This document shows, one piece after another, positions 11,058 through 24,439 of a DNA stretch of 64,000 bases. A program made the position numbers and the translations under genes. Each line of letters starts with the position of its first letter. Within the stretch, counting starts at the first letter, position 1. This stretch comes from Antechinus flavipes (taxonomy: Eukaryota): contig NC_067401.1 of the NCBI RefSeq assembly GCF_016432865.1, forward strand, positions 357,368,001 through 357,432,000, given 5' to 3'. The notes under the pieces are model-generated. The model did not search any database and had not been told where the DNA came from. It saw nothing but the letters and a program-made list of their open reading frames with translations.

Positions 11058-13895
11058 TTTTTTATTATTTTTATATTATCTGCAATTATTTTATTTTAAT
11101 TTTTTGCTACCTGATTTAGTTTTATTTTTAATTAATATTTTATTTTATCCCTTGCACTCATTTCTGTTCCGATTTTTCCCCTCCCTCCCTCCACCCCCTC
11201 CCCTAGATGGCAAGCAGTCCTATATATGTTAGATATGTTGCAGTATATCCTAGATACAATATATGTTTGCAGAACTGAACAGTTCTCTTGTTGCACAGGG
11301 AGAATTGGATTCAGAAGGTAAAAATAACCTGGGAAGAAAAACAAAAATGCAGATAGTTTGCATTCGTTTCCCAGTGTCCTTTCTTTGGGTGTAGCTGCTT
11401 CTGTCCATCATTTATCAATTGAAGTTCAGTTAGGTCTCTTTGTCAAAGAAATCCACTTCCATCAAAATACATCCTCATACAATATCGTTGTCGAACTGTA
11501 TAATGATCTCCTGGTTCTGCTCATTTCACTTAGTATCAGTTCATGTAAGTCTCTCCAAGACTCTCTGTATTCATCCTACTGGTCATTTCTTACAGAACAA
11601 TAATATTCCATAACATTCATATACCACAATTTACCCAACCATTCTCCAATTGATGGGCATTCATTCAATTTCCAGTTTCTAGCCACTACAAACAGAGCTG
11701 CCAGAAACATTTTGGCACATACAGGTCCCTTTCCCTTCTTTAGTATCTCTTTGGGATATAGCCCAATAGAAACACTGCTGGATCAAAGGGTATGCACAAT
11801 TTGATAACTTTTTGGGCATAATTCCAGATTGCTCTCCAGAATGGTTGGATTCGTTCACAACTCCACCAACAATGCATCAGTGTCCCAGTTTTCCCGCATT
11901 CCCTCCAACATTCATCATTATTTATTCCTGTCATCTTAGCCAATCTGACAGGTGTGTAGTGGTATCTAGAGCTGTCTTAATTTGAATTTCTCTGATCAAT
12001 AATGATTTGGAACACTCTTTCATATGAGTGGTAATAGTTTCAATTTCATCCTCTGAAAATTGTCTGTTCATATCGTTTGACCATTTATCAATTGGAGAAT
12101 GGCTTGATTTCTTATAAATTTGAGTCAGTTCTCTATATATTTTGGAAATGAGACCTTTATCAGAACCTTTAACTGTGAAGATGTTTTCCCAGTTTGTTGT
12201 TTCCCTTCTAATCTTGTTTGCATTAGTTTTGTTTGTACAAAGGCTTTTTAATTTGATGTAATCAAAATTTTCTATTTTGTGATCAGTAATGGTCTCTAGT
12301 TCATCTTTGGTCACAAATTTCTTTCTCCTCCACAAGTCTGAGAGATAAACTATCCTATGTTCCTCTAATTTATTTATAATCTCGTTCTTTATGCCTAGGT
12401 CATGGACCCATTTTGATCTTATCTTGGTATATGGTGTTAAGTGTGGGTCCATGCCTAATTTCTGCCATACTAATTTCCAGTTATCCCAGCAGTTTTTATC
12501 AAATAATGAATTCTTATCCCAAAAGTTAGGATCTTTGGGTTTGTCATACACTAGATTGCTATCGTTGACTATTCTGTCTTGTGGACCTAACCTTTTCCAC
12601 TGATCCACTAATCTATTTCCTAGCCAATACCAAATGGTTTTGGTGACTGCTGCTTTATAATATAATTTTAGATCAAGTACAACTAGGCCACCTTCTTTTG
12701 ATTTTTTTTTTCATTAATTCCCTTGAGATTCTCGACTTTTTATTGTTCCATATGAATTTTGTTGTTATTTTTTCTAGATCATTAAAATATTTTCTTGGAA
12801 GTCTGATTGGTATAGCACTAAATAAATAGATTAGTTTAGGGAGTATTGTCATCTTTATTATATTCGCTCGACCTATCCAAGAGCACTTAATATTTTTCCA
12901 ATTTTTTAAGTCTGACTTTATTTGTGTGGAGACTTTTTTGTAATTTTGCTCATATAATTCCTGACTTTCCTTTGGTAGATAGATTCCCAAATATTTTATG
13001 GTATCAACAGTTATTCTGAATGGAATTTCTCTTTGTATCTCTTGCTGTTGGGTTTTGTTGGTGATGTATAAAAATGCTGAGGATTTATGGGGATTTATTT
13101 TATATCCAGATACTTTGCTAAAATTATGAATTGTTTCTAATAGCTTTTTAGTAGAATCTCTGGGGTTCTCTATGTATACCATCATATCATCTGCAAAGAG
13201 TGATAGTTTAGTTTCCTCATTGCCTACTCTAATTCCTTTAATATCTTTCTTGACTCTTATTGCAGAGGCTAGTGTTTCTAATACGATATTAAATAATAAT
13301 GGTGATAGTGGGCAACCTTGCTTCACTCCAGATCTTACTGGGAAAGGTTCCAGTTTTACCCCATTGCATATGATGCTTACTGATGGTTTTAAATATATGC
13401 TCCTGACTATTTTAAGGAAAAGTCCATTTATTCCTATGCTCTCAAGTGTTTTTTATTAGGAATGGATGTTGGATTTTATCAAATGCTTTTTCTGCATCTA
13501 TTGAGATGATCATATGGTTTTTGTTTGTTTGGTTATTGATATAGTCAATTATGCTAATAGTTTTCCTAATATTGAACCAGCCCTGCATTCCTGGTATAAA
13601 TCCTACTTGGTCATAGTGTATTATCCTGGGGATGATTTTCTGTAATCTTTTTGCTAATATTTTATTTAAGATTTTAGCATCAATATTCATTAGGGAGATT
13701 GGTCTATAATTTTCTTTCTCTGTTTTCAGCCTACCTAGTTTAGGTATCAGTACCATGTCTGTGTCATAAAAGGAGTTTGGTAGGACTCCTTCAATCCCTA
13801 TTTTTTTCAAATAGTTTATTTAGCATTGGAGTTAATTGTTCTTTAAATGTTTGATAGAATTCACATGTAAATCCATCTGGTCCTGGGGATTTTTT
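11058..13895 (-). mobile_element. 5'-truncated LINE-1 (about 2.8 kb): disrupted ORF2 RT and C-terminal region plus 3' UTR
   Basis: ORF pieces carry L1 RT motifs ([32 protein letters not shown]) split by frameshifts. 16-bp TSD TATGTTGTATTATCTT at 11042-11057 and 13896-13911; endonuclease site TT/AAGA. Confidence 0.96.
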
Positions 13896-14429
13896 TATGT
13901 TGTATTATCTTAATTGGGCTTTGACTATAAGAAGGTAATCCTTTTATACTTCCTTAAATTAATTTTCTATTCCATTCATCCCAACCACTATCCCCAACTT
14001 TGTGTCCCAAGGCATCCCTATCCCAACCCTCTCATTTGAGGGCCTTGTGATATACTTTACCAAAAAAATTGAGGACATTTAAAGGCTTAGCTGGAGTAGT
14101 TAAACATTGCAGTGGATAAAATACTGGACTGGAGCCAGGAATACCAGAGTTCAAATGTGTGATCCTGGACAAGTCATTTTATTTCTGCTTACAATAATTT
14201 CTGCTTAAAAAATAAACTGTAATAATCGCATCTACACTTTCCCAGGATTATCTTAAGGATAAAATAAGATAATATTCATAAAATTTGTGGCAAATTGCTG
14301 ATACATAGGAAACACTTACTACAAGCCTATTTTTTTTTCCTTTTTTCCTTCCATTCATCGAAAGCTTCCTCTTCTCACATCACTCAGATGTCTTTCTTAT
14401 TTATCTCTTCCTTCACCTATGCCTCATAT

Positions 14430-15320
14430 TCACCTTGCCAAATAAAAATTTTCTTCACACATTCTTGATCTTATATATATATAAGATTTCCCCCATTTTC
14501 ATTCATTCATATATATATATCTCCCATATTCTCTGCCATATTTCTCCCATTATCATTCCAAATCTCTCCACACTGGGTCCTTCTGTATTGCCTACAAATA
14601 TGTTCCTATTTCTCCCATCAAAGAACAAACAAACAAACAAACAAAAACTCTTCTCATAAGCTTTTAAAACTTGTATAAACTGGCTTCTGACTTTAAATGA
14701 AATTGTCTTTTTCAAAGTTACCAATAATATTTTAGTTGCTAAATCTTATAGCTTCTTCTCATTCTTCATGCTACTTAACCTTTCGATAGTCTCTGAGAAG
14801 GGAAATCATCTTTTCTTGGTTATTCTTTTCTCTTTAGTTATTCAAGACAGTCCTTTTCTCTGATTCTCCAACAACTTACTGACCACTCCTCAGAATCCTT
14901 TCCTGGATCTGTGTCTAGGTCATAACAAATAAACATGGGTGTCCTCCAAGTTTCTGTTTTGTTCTTTCTTTTCTCCCTATATATTATTCCATTTGGCAAT
15001 CTCATAAGCTTCCATGGGATTATTATCTTTATGCAGATGGTTCCCAAATTCCCAAATTTATATCTAGCACTAATCTCTCTTTTGAGTTTCAGTCTTATAT
15101 CACAAATTACCATCATCTCAAATTGTATGTTCTATAGTCATCTCAAACCCAATGGATCTTGAAAATGGGGGAAATGAAATTTCACCTATTATCTTTCCCA
15201 AAGAATTTTCCCTGCTCCCATTTTAATATTACTTCTTAGATATCACCATCATCCTTTTCACCCAGGTTCATAACTTCAGTGATATCCTCAATTCTTCCCT
15301 TGTACCTCAGTGCTATCTGT
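14430..15320 (+). mobile_element. L2 LINE remnant
   Basis: Degenerate L2 ORF2-like sequence (e.g. AAAGTTACCAATAAT...TTGCTAAATC); recognised by eye. Confidence 0.6.
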
Positions 15321-15559
15321 CTCTCTCNNNNNNNNNNNNNNNNNNNNNNNNNNNNNNNNNNNNNNNNNNNNNNNNNNNNNNNNNNNNNNNNNNNNNNNNN
15401 NNNNNNNNNNNNNNNNNNNNNNNNNNNNNNNNNNNNNNNNNNNNNNNNNNNNNNNNNNNNNNNNNNNNNNNNNNNNNNNNNNNNNNNNNCTCTTTCCTTC
15501 TTTCCTCCTTCCCTCCCTCCTTCCTCCTCCTTCCCTCCCCTTCTTTCTCCATTTTGATC

Positions 15560-18120
15560 ATTTCTTTTTGATTTTAGGAATTGCATTTTGGTGTTAAATT
15601 AGGGGATGTTAATTTGTCGGTTTTCTAGGGATATTTTTAGTTGCGTGCCAAATTCATTAATCTGTTCTTTCTCTTTTTTATTAATGAAAGTGTTAAAAGA
15701 TATAAAATTTCCCCAAAGAAATGCAGACAGAATATTCTTTTTTAAAAATGGTATTTTTTCTTATTCTTGTTACTATATTTAATGAAATTATAAATTACTT
15801 TTTTAACATATTCTTTGCCACACCCATTCTTTAGGATTGTTATTCTCCAATAATTTTAATTTTTCTTTACTATTCTTTTATAGAATGTCATCTTTGTTAC
15901 ATTGAGGTTTGTAATAAATGGGTTTAGTATGTCTGCTTTTTTGTAATCATTTGTGAGATTTTCATGTCTTAATATGTGGTCAATTTTATAAAATTTTATA
16001 TAAAAATATATATTTATATAAAATTTAAAAAATTTTAATACACAGCTAAAATGTGTTTATTCCTTCTATTCCCATTCAATAAACCTTTCTAGAGGTTTAT
16101 CATACCTAATTTTCTAAAATTCTATTCTGGTTGTCCTTAATTTTTTAATTCTTTTTATTAGTTATATTTAAGTCTTAAAGACATAAATTAAAGTCCCCTA
16201 CTTTACAATTTTACTATCAATTTCCTCCAATCACTTACCTTAAAAAAAAAGTATTTAGATACTATGCCACTTGGCATATTTAATATTAATTTTTATTCAT
16301 TGTCTGTTGATTGGGGCTCCTCATACTATTTTTTTTTCTTTTTGGAATGTCTGCAACATTTTTTCTTTAACTTGAAAATGCTGGATTTATGCTGTAATGC
16401 TTCTGAGAATTTTCTCTTGGGGATTTATTTCATGTGGTGAGTAGAGGACTTTTTCTATTTTCACCTTTCCCTATGATTTGTGATTTTCTGAAGTATGATG
16501 TATAGACCCTTTCTTTAATCGTGGCTTTCAGACAATCCAATGATTCTTAAATGATCTCTCCTAGGTTTGTTATTTTAAATTTTTTTCGAGTTTTTAATCT
16601 TTTTGTTTTGATTTAATATTTCTTGTTGTCTTGTGGAGTTATTTATTTTTATTTGATTCATTCTAATTTTCAGGTATCTGTTTCTACACTAAGATTATTT
16701 ATCTCTTGTTCCAAGCTGTTAATTCTTATTTCAATTCTTTGTTCCACAGCTCTTATTTTTCCCAAACTAGTGTTCTAATTTGGGTTTTTTAATTTTAATT
16801 TTTATTTTTGCTAAGTAATTGGGGTTAAGTGACTTGCCTAGGTCACACAGCTAGGAAGTGTTAAGTATATGGGATCAGATTCGAATTCAGATCCTCCTGA
16901 CTTCAGGGCTGGTACTCTATCGAATTTAATTTGATTTTTAAAATCATTTTTATACTCTTGCTTAATCCCTTTTAGGAAATCTAGTTGAACTTTTGCAGAA
17001 GCTGTATTTTTCTTTGAATCTCAGCTTATAGATGTTTTACAGTCATTTTTTTCTTCTGGATTTGTNNNNNNNNNNNNNNNNNNNNNNNNNNNNNNNNNNN
17101 NNNNNNNNNNNNNNNNNNNNNNNNNNNNNNNNNNNNNNNNNNNNNNNNNNNNNNNNNNNNNNNNNNNNNNNNNNNNNNNNNNNNNNNNNNNNNNNNNNNN
17201 NNNNNNNNNNNNNNATGGTAGGACTCTTTTTGTTGTTGTTTGCTCATCCTTCTATTCTACTTCTTGGTTTTTATGTTAGGGCTATGCTCTGTAAATTTCT
17301 AATGAGGATATCTAGGCTGAGCTTATGTCCTTGGGTCCTACAACTTTTTTTTCTTGAGACACTGAGTGTCTTTTGAGACTTGAGACCCCCCAGAGTCTTG
17401 GGGAAAGCTCAAAGATAAAGTTATCAGTCCTCTTAAACAGATCTGATCCAGGTCAAAGTATGCTGCCTTGATCTTAACTCTGCACTTTTCTGACCTGGGC
17501 TTGACTGTGGACTTGCTCTTGGTTATAATCCCAGTAGACCCCTATTGGACTCAGTTACTATCCACCAGCTGGAAAGCTCTTTTGATTCAGAATGACACTG
17601 TATGTTCCTTTTTGGTCTGGGATTTCTGCCCTAGTTATTCTGAGATCCAACTTTCCTCCTGAGGTCAGAATCACATTGCTCACTTTCTTGGTACTCCATC
17701 CAGGTTCTGTGACTATTCCTCATCCTGAAATATAATCATTATGTGCAAGTTCCCTCTTCATCTGATCCTGGATTTTTGGCCTGTAATATGTTCCTTTATC
17801 CTACACAAAGTTGGGCTCTTTTGTGTGGACCTGAAACCTGTTCTCACCTTGATAAGCAGCTTCAATTCTTTTTCAGTTGCTCCACTGGAATGCTTTTCTA
17901 GCTAGAGCCCCATCCTAGTGTCCCAAGATTCTTCTTTGTAGAGAGAGATCAAAATACAGAGCTGACTGAAAAAAAAATTTTCCCTTGAATTTCCCAATCA
18001 AGAGTCAGACTGCTATATTTTCTAGATATTTGTGGAAGAGTTATGTTGGGGAACCAAGCTGCATGTCTTCTTGCTACTCTGCCATTTTGGCTTTGCCTCT
18101 TTTCACTGTTTCATGAGGGG
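15560..18120 (-). mobile_element. Old degraded L1, interrupted by a SINE and an N gap
   Basis: Extended T-rich, L1-antisense-like sequence; boundaries approximate. Confidence 0.55.
16783..16921 (-). mobile_element. WSINE1-like SINE
   Basis: Reverse complement of the element at 59055-59199, with a T-rich tail on the left. Confidence 0.8.
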
Positions 18121-19448
18121 ATTTTATCCAAATGTTTTATGATCCTCTCATTGTAAAAATTTATAAATGAGTGTTGCCCCTGACTGCCATAGCTCTTCAT
18201 TTGGCAAGAAGATCAAGTGTTTGCTGGCTCAGGCATTTTCTGGGCTCTTTTAACTTCCTCCTTGTGCCAATTGATTTACATCTGTTAAACCTCCTTTGGA
18301 AATTGTGATATATTACAGCTGTTTTAATTGCTTCAAATCTTCTCATTTTTATTCTTTCTTCTAATTTGTCAGTTAATCAACATACAACAGAAAGCCAAAT
18401 TAGTCTCTTCTCAAAAAGCTTAAAGTCTAATGAAGGAAACTATATACATGTATTTCTGTAGATATAGATAAAATATAGAGTATAATGAAAGGTAGCCTTA
18501 GAGAGGAAAGAAGTAAGAATTGAGGAAACCAGATAAAATCTCTTAGATGAAGTTTCCTTTTGTGGACATAGCACTGTCAAGTGGAAATCACTGCAGGTCA
18601 TTAACAGTAATAGACTAGAAACATGTCTAAGACCACCACAACTACCAAGACATAGAAATGACTAAATATAGGACTTTGTCGGTCACCTCCACATCAGCAG
18701 CAGCCACGACTGATAGCTAATTAGCTCATGCTAACAAGCAGTAACAAACTGAGGCAAAGTTTGTAATTTTTCTCAATTTCTCATTTGCTATGATGTATTC
18801 AGACACCATCTTTTCCAACTCCTCCCTACACTATCCCCTTTGTCTGCAAGCCTCTAAAATAATGGGGAGAGGAAAGGAGGGGAGATGCCTCTTTTATAGA
18901 ATAATCACATTAAACCTTAAGGTTACTGTAATATATATATATTTTCATCATTACTCTACCTCTGGAATCTCACTTTATTTCAGAGCTCTAACTAGAGAGA
19001 GAGATGACAATGATTTGGCTGACGAAATGAACAAAGGGTAGAAATTTTCTCTTGATGGTAAATAAAGAGATGAGGTTAGCTAGGTAACCTAGTAGGTAGC
19101 TAGTTTGTGGGGTATCTCCCCACAAGAAGATGTTACTAATCTTCCAACTTTGAGAAAGAGGTTGTGCTATTTGAACCAGGTTCAAAAGTTTCAGATCATG
19201 GCTCTCCTCCCCTTTATTGCTTAGGAATAAATATAATTCTTTCACTGTCCTCTTTTTTTCAAGATCCCTTTCTCTTTCTTGGCAAGTTTTCTTTTCAATA
19301 GGCCAGTCTGCCCTAGACCTAGGTAACCAGTAATCAGTTCCTAAAATTTTATCACATTCTCTCTGGGGAGGGAATAGAATAACCATCATCAGTGGCCAGA
19401 CTTAACATTTTTGGACCTGAGCTACACTTAAGATATCTCATGTACCTC

Positions 19449-19951
19449 TGTTGGAATCCTTACTAACTGCTAACTAATTAGAGTTGATCTAATCTTACAA
19501 GAAGATGTTTTGGGCAGAACCTGAAACAAGGTACTAAGTAGAACTAATTAATACAAGGCTTGTGTTCACACCTTTACTCATTGGAGTTCAATGAGTTCAT
19601 ACCTCCCTTGAAGCTCTTTGGGCCAGAGAGCACTATGGGAGAAAACCCATAATCCCTCTCTCTGGAAGGAGCATAAATAGGCCAATGGGCCAGTCGAAGG
19701 AGTTCTTCAGAGTGAAGAAGCTACAAGTCGAGATTTCGCCGGAATGGCATGAAGAGTAGAGCTGGCTGGAGGCTGAAGAAAGCAGAGGCAGAGGCTGAAG
19801 GACCAGACCTTTGGATTTAAAGACATTAGGAGAGAGCTCTTGGAACCAAGCAGAGAGATAGGCTTCTAAGCTAACCGGGCTATATTGGAGATAATAAAAG
19901 ATCTGAACTTTTATCACCTGGCTGCGTTTTGAGAAGAAAAAGATCACCACA
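19449..19951 (+). mobile_element. Solo ERV LTR (503 bp), same family as 2225-2935
   Basis: TGTTGGAATC...ATCACCACA flanked by a perfect 6-bp TSD TACCTC (19443-19448 and 19952-19957), typical of class II ERVs; AATAAA at 19893-19898. Confidence 0.92.
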
Positions 19952-20545
19952 TACCTCTATCTCTCACCTCGCTTTAACCATTTGACCATTGTAACAGAAA
20001 AAGCACAAAGTTAGGAATCAAAAAATCTGAACTCTGGTTCCATTTCTGATACATGATAGTTAATAAGCCAATTATCAAGACAATTAATCTCTCTGAGCTT
20101 TAGTTTTCCTATCTATAAAATGGTGATAATAATCTTTTTACAAACTTGCCTCACTGAGTCATTAAGACAAAAATATTTTACAAATTATATTGAAAGATAG
20201 AAACATGAGCTATTGTTATATTCACACATATTTCATACCCACTGCAACATTAAAATAAAATGATACTTTTTCATTAGCATAATGGAGATATATACCTTCA
20301 TCAAATAAAATGCCAGAGATTCAAATGATCCAGTTTCCTGTAAGCAAAACCAGGAAAAAATGGGAGAGATTATGAGGACAATACAGCTGAAAACAATGAG
20401 CTGAGGATCTTAGAAAATAAGGAAATTATGATTGAAATCTTTCAGAAGAAAGGACAAGTCTATGGGAAATGCCAGAAAACGTCGATCAATTGAGGCAACT
20501 AGGTGACACAGTAAATGAAGTCCTGGGTCTGAAGTCATAAGATTT

Positions 20546-20953
20546 TTTTTTTAATTTTATTTTATTTAATAATAACTTTGTATTGACAGAATCCATGCCA
20601 GGATAATTTTTACACGACATTATCCCTTGCAATCACTTATGTTTCGTTTTTTCCCCTCCCTCCCTCCTCCCCCCCCCCAGGATGGCAAGCAGTCCTATAT
20701 ATGTTAAATATGTTGCAGTATATCCTAGATACAATACATATTTGCAGAACCGAACAGTTCTCTTGTTGCACAGGGAGAATTGGATTCAGAAGGTAAAAAT
20801 AACTCGGGAAGAAAATCAAAAATGCAAATAGTTCACATTCATTTCCCAGTATTCCTTCTTTGGGTGTAGCTGTTTCTGTCCATCATTTCTCCAATGAAAC
20901 TCAGTTAAGTCTCTTTGTCAGAGAAATCCTCTTCCATCAGAATACATCCTCAT
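20546..20953 (-). mobile_element. Short L1 3'-end insertion (about 0.4 kb) inside a MIR-like SINE
   Basis: Matches the 3' UTR of the 11.1-13.9 kb L1. 16-bp TSD TGAAGTCATAAGATTT at 20530-20545 and 20954-20969. The host SINE continues on both sides (about 20505-21125). Confidence 0.93.
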
Positions 20954-21997
20954 TGAAGTCATAAGATTTGAGTTTAAATTTGGATCCCAATATTTACTAG
21001 GTGTGTAACTCTGGGCAAGTCACTTATTTCTTAACCACTTAGCTTCAGTTTCCTCAATTAAATATGAATAATAATGACACCTGCCTTTCAGGGTTGTTGT
21101 GAGAATCAAACAAGATAATATTGAGGATTAAAAGAGATAAGGCACTCAAGCCAGTCTTGTAGTAACAAGAAGGTTACTATTTCAATTTTACTAATTAAAC
21201 TATCTCTGGGCATCTTAGAACTAACTGGTTGGTCTTATTCTGAAGCTGTACCCATTCAGAATTTAAGGGACCCTAGCCAACTAGTAAATATAAATTACTG
21301 AAAAGATGATTGGGGAACATTTGGGGGGAAATAGTGATCATTAAAAACCAATGTAGAAATTAGATTAAAAACTATCACATTTTCATTGTGGAGTAAGATA
21401 GTATCTTTAATACATACTTATCATTTCTCCTTTGGGGCTAAGCTTGTTCTTTATGGTTTTACAATGTCCAGTTTCAATTGTGTCAAAACTATTGTTCTTT
21501 CCTTTTCCCATTGTAGTCACTTTATATATAACTTTCTTGGCTCTACTTACTAAGCATTGCATCACTTCATATATCTTCCATACTTTTCTGTATTTATTAT
21601 GCTTATTTCTTTTATCATTCATGTACCTTAATTTGATTAGCCTTTCCCAAACCAATGGGTTATCTACTTTATTTGCAATTATTTGCTATTATATCTCTTC
21701 AACAACTTAGAAAATTATGTGAAGGCATAGAAAGCATGTTTTTTTGAATTTATTAAATATCATAAAGCCAAGTGCAATATCCAATAAATTGAATGACAGA
21801 CCAGATACTCAAAATAATCATCACTGACATACATATTGTATTTTCAAAATTTTCATTTAATCATTACAACAATTCTACAAGGTAAATATCACAAATATGA
21901 AGGAAGGAAGTGAGGAAGGAAGAAAGGAAGGAAGAAGGAAAAAAGGAAGGAAGGAAGGAAGGAAGGAATGAAGGTATGGAGAGGAAGAAGGAAGGAA

Positions 21998-22714
21998 NNN
22001 NNNNNNNNNNNNNNNNNNNNNNNNNNNNNNNNNNNNNNNNNNNNNNNNNNNNNNNNNNNNNNNNNNNNNNNNNNNNNNNNNNNNNNNNNNNNNNNNNNNN
22101 NNNNNNNNNNNNNNNNNNNNNNNNNNNNNNNNNNNNNNNNNNNNNNNNNNNNNNNNNNNNNNNNNNNNNNNNNNNNNNNNNNNNNNNNNNNNNNNNNNNN
22201 NNNNNNNNNNNNNNNNNNNNNNNNNNNNNNNNNNNNNNNNNNNNNNNNAGNNNNNNNNNNNNNNNNNNNNNNNNNNNNNNNNNNNNNNNNNNNNNNNNNN
22301 NNNNNNNNNNNNNNNNNNNNNNNNNNNNNNNNNNNNNNNNNNNNNNNNNNNNNNNNNNNNNNNNNNNNNNNNNNNNNNNNNNNNNNNNNNNNNNNNNNNN
22401 NNNNNNNNNNNNNNNNNNNNNNNNNNNNNNNNNNNNNNNNNNNNNNNNNNNNNNNNNNNNNNNNNNNNNNNNNNNNNNNNNNNNNNNNNNNNNAGNNNNN
22501 NNNNNNNNNNNNNNNNNNNNNNNNNNNNNNNNNNNNNNNNNNNNNNNNNNNNNNNNNNNNNNNNNNNNNNNNNNNNNNNNNNNNNNNNNNNNNNNNNNNN
22601 NNNNNNNNNNNNNNNNNNNNNNNNNNNNNNNNNNNNNNNNNNNNNNNNNNNNNNNNNNNNNNNNNNNNNNNNNNNNNNNNNNNNNNNNNNNNNNNNNNNN
22701 NNNNNNNNNNNNNN
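21998..22714. other. Assembly gap (N run); other gaps at 15328-15489 and 17066-17214
   Basis: N runs; two of the three abut simple repeats. Confidence 1.
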
Positions 22715-24439
22715 CAGCTCCATAAAAAGTGGTTTTCTAACAATTTAACATTTGTTGACTCAGAGTTATTAAAAATGAAATTATGCTACCTTGAATAATA
22801 ATGAGCTTCTCTTTCCTTGGAAGTATTCAAGTAAGGGCCAACTTTGGACAAAAGACTGGATTAAATGCTTTTAATTTCCCTGCCAATATCAAATGTAATG
22901 TTCCATAATTCTATGAACAAGGACATTCAATATATGCAATCTTAGTACTTTTTTCTGTTTCCACCAGATGTCGCTAGGCAGCTGAAATATATAAGGAGTA
23001 AGAAGTCAATAGTTTATCTGAAACTTTATCAGCAAAATCAGTTGCATCTTGCTGTCATTAGAGAGAGAGTGTAGCAGAGTAGAAAGAGGGTAAAATACAC
23101 ATTAAACTTCTCTAATGTCTAGCTCTGACATACATTTCCAGTCTTTATTTGACATTATTTACCCTTCTACATTCCAGTTGAACAGGATTAGAGATGTTTG
23201 TTCCAGGTCTTGACATGTCATTATGTCAAGACCTTCTATCTTTCCTTCACTCAGGCTTCTTGCAAAAGATGAGGTTTTGGCTATGAGTTGAAGGAAGCCA
23301 GGAGACAGAGAATTCCAGACATATGGTATAGCTAATGAAAATGCAGAGTTCTGAGTTGAGCATCTTATTCAAGGGACAGTAAGAAGGTCTGTGTCAGGGA
23401 ATTTCACAGTATGTGGATTTAAGAACATCGCAAAGATTAAGAAAGGAATCAGGTTTTAGGAGAAAAGCTAATGAGCCCTACTTTGGATGTGTTGGTTTTA
23501 GGGTGTCAATAGTATATCCAGGTGGTACTACCTAGCAGTCAACTGGGGATATAGAACTGGTGTTCCAACTTTGATTATATAATGCAATATTTTCTTATGA
23601 ATGGTGTTTTTCCTTCTTCCTTCTCAACAACTTTCTCCCTAGTTCAAGTGTATTTACTGATATACAAATGTAGTTTCACATTTCTTTCTGTTCCATTTTA
23701 TGTTTATGTCTGTCCTATTTTCTCCATCAGGATGTAAGTTTTTTCTGAACAATGAAGAGTGCAGTTTCCTGCATCTTTTTATCCTCCCTCCTTATAACTA
23801 GCAAAATGCTGTTCACTTAACAAACAATCCATTTAATGCAGTAAGTTCTCAGCTGAGAAGCCTTCTTTTCCAGAGGAATTAACATCTCACCCAAGTGAAC
23901 TGAGTTTTTAAAAAGCATTGCTCCCCTTGAATTTGCCATTGGGTCTTTGACTAAAGTGTCTAGTCTAAAAGTAGTTGTTGCATTGAGAACAACAATTATA
24001 ATTCACCAAACTTAAGTACTGAGAGAGCTAATTGAACACAACCTCCAACTTAGTTGTTTAGGCAAAGGTGAGTTATATATGTTGAAGAAAGAGGAGAGAG
24101 CATACAGAATGGAGTTGCTAGTGCAAGCAGGGGTACATTTGTGATCATGGTTTGACTGGTGCTAGTCAAGCACAATATAGGGCCCAGAAGAAGTCAGTCT
24201 TTTACTCAGTTTGCCAACTTGTCTTCCTCATGTATATCTGTACACCCTGTGATATGTACGGGGATCTGATGTGAATCAATGTCACCATATTTAGTGTGAA
24301 CAGTGGAATATAAACTATTTTAGGGCACAGATAAATTTTCTGTTCTGTCTGTACATCTAGGACCCAATAGTATATCCTAATTTCTTAATAATTACATGAT
24401 GGATTGTTGATTTTAATTCCTTTGTAAATACAGAGTCTA

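Noticed and set aside
11740-13810. Reverse-transcriptase ORFs as an active or novel RT system
   Set aside because: Ordinary 5'-truncated L1 with frameshifts, no ORF1 or endonuclease domain, and standard TSDs.
15236-22798. Long ORFs of 80-284 aa containing X runs
   Set aside because: Artefacts of reading through N gaps.
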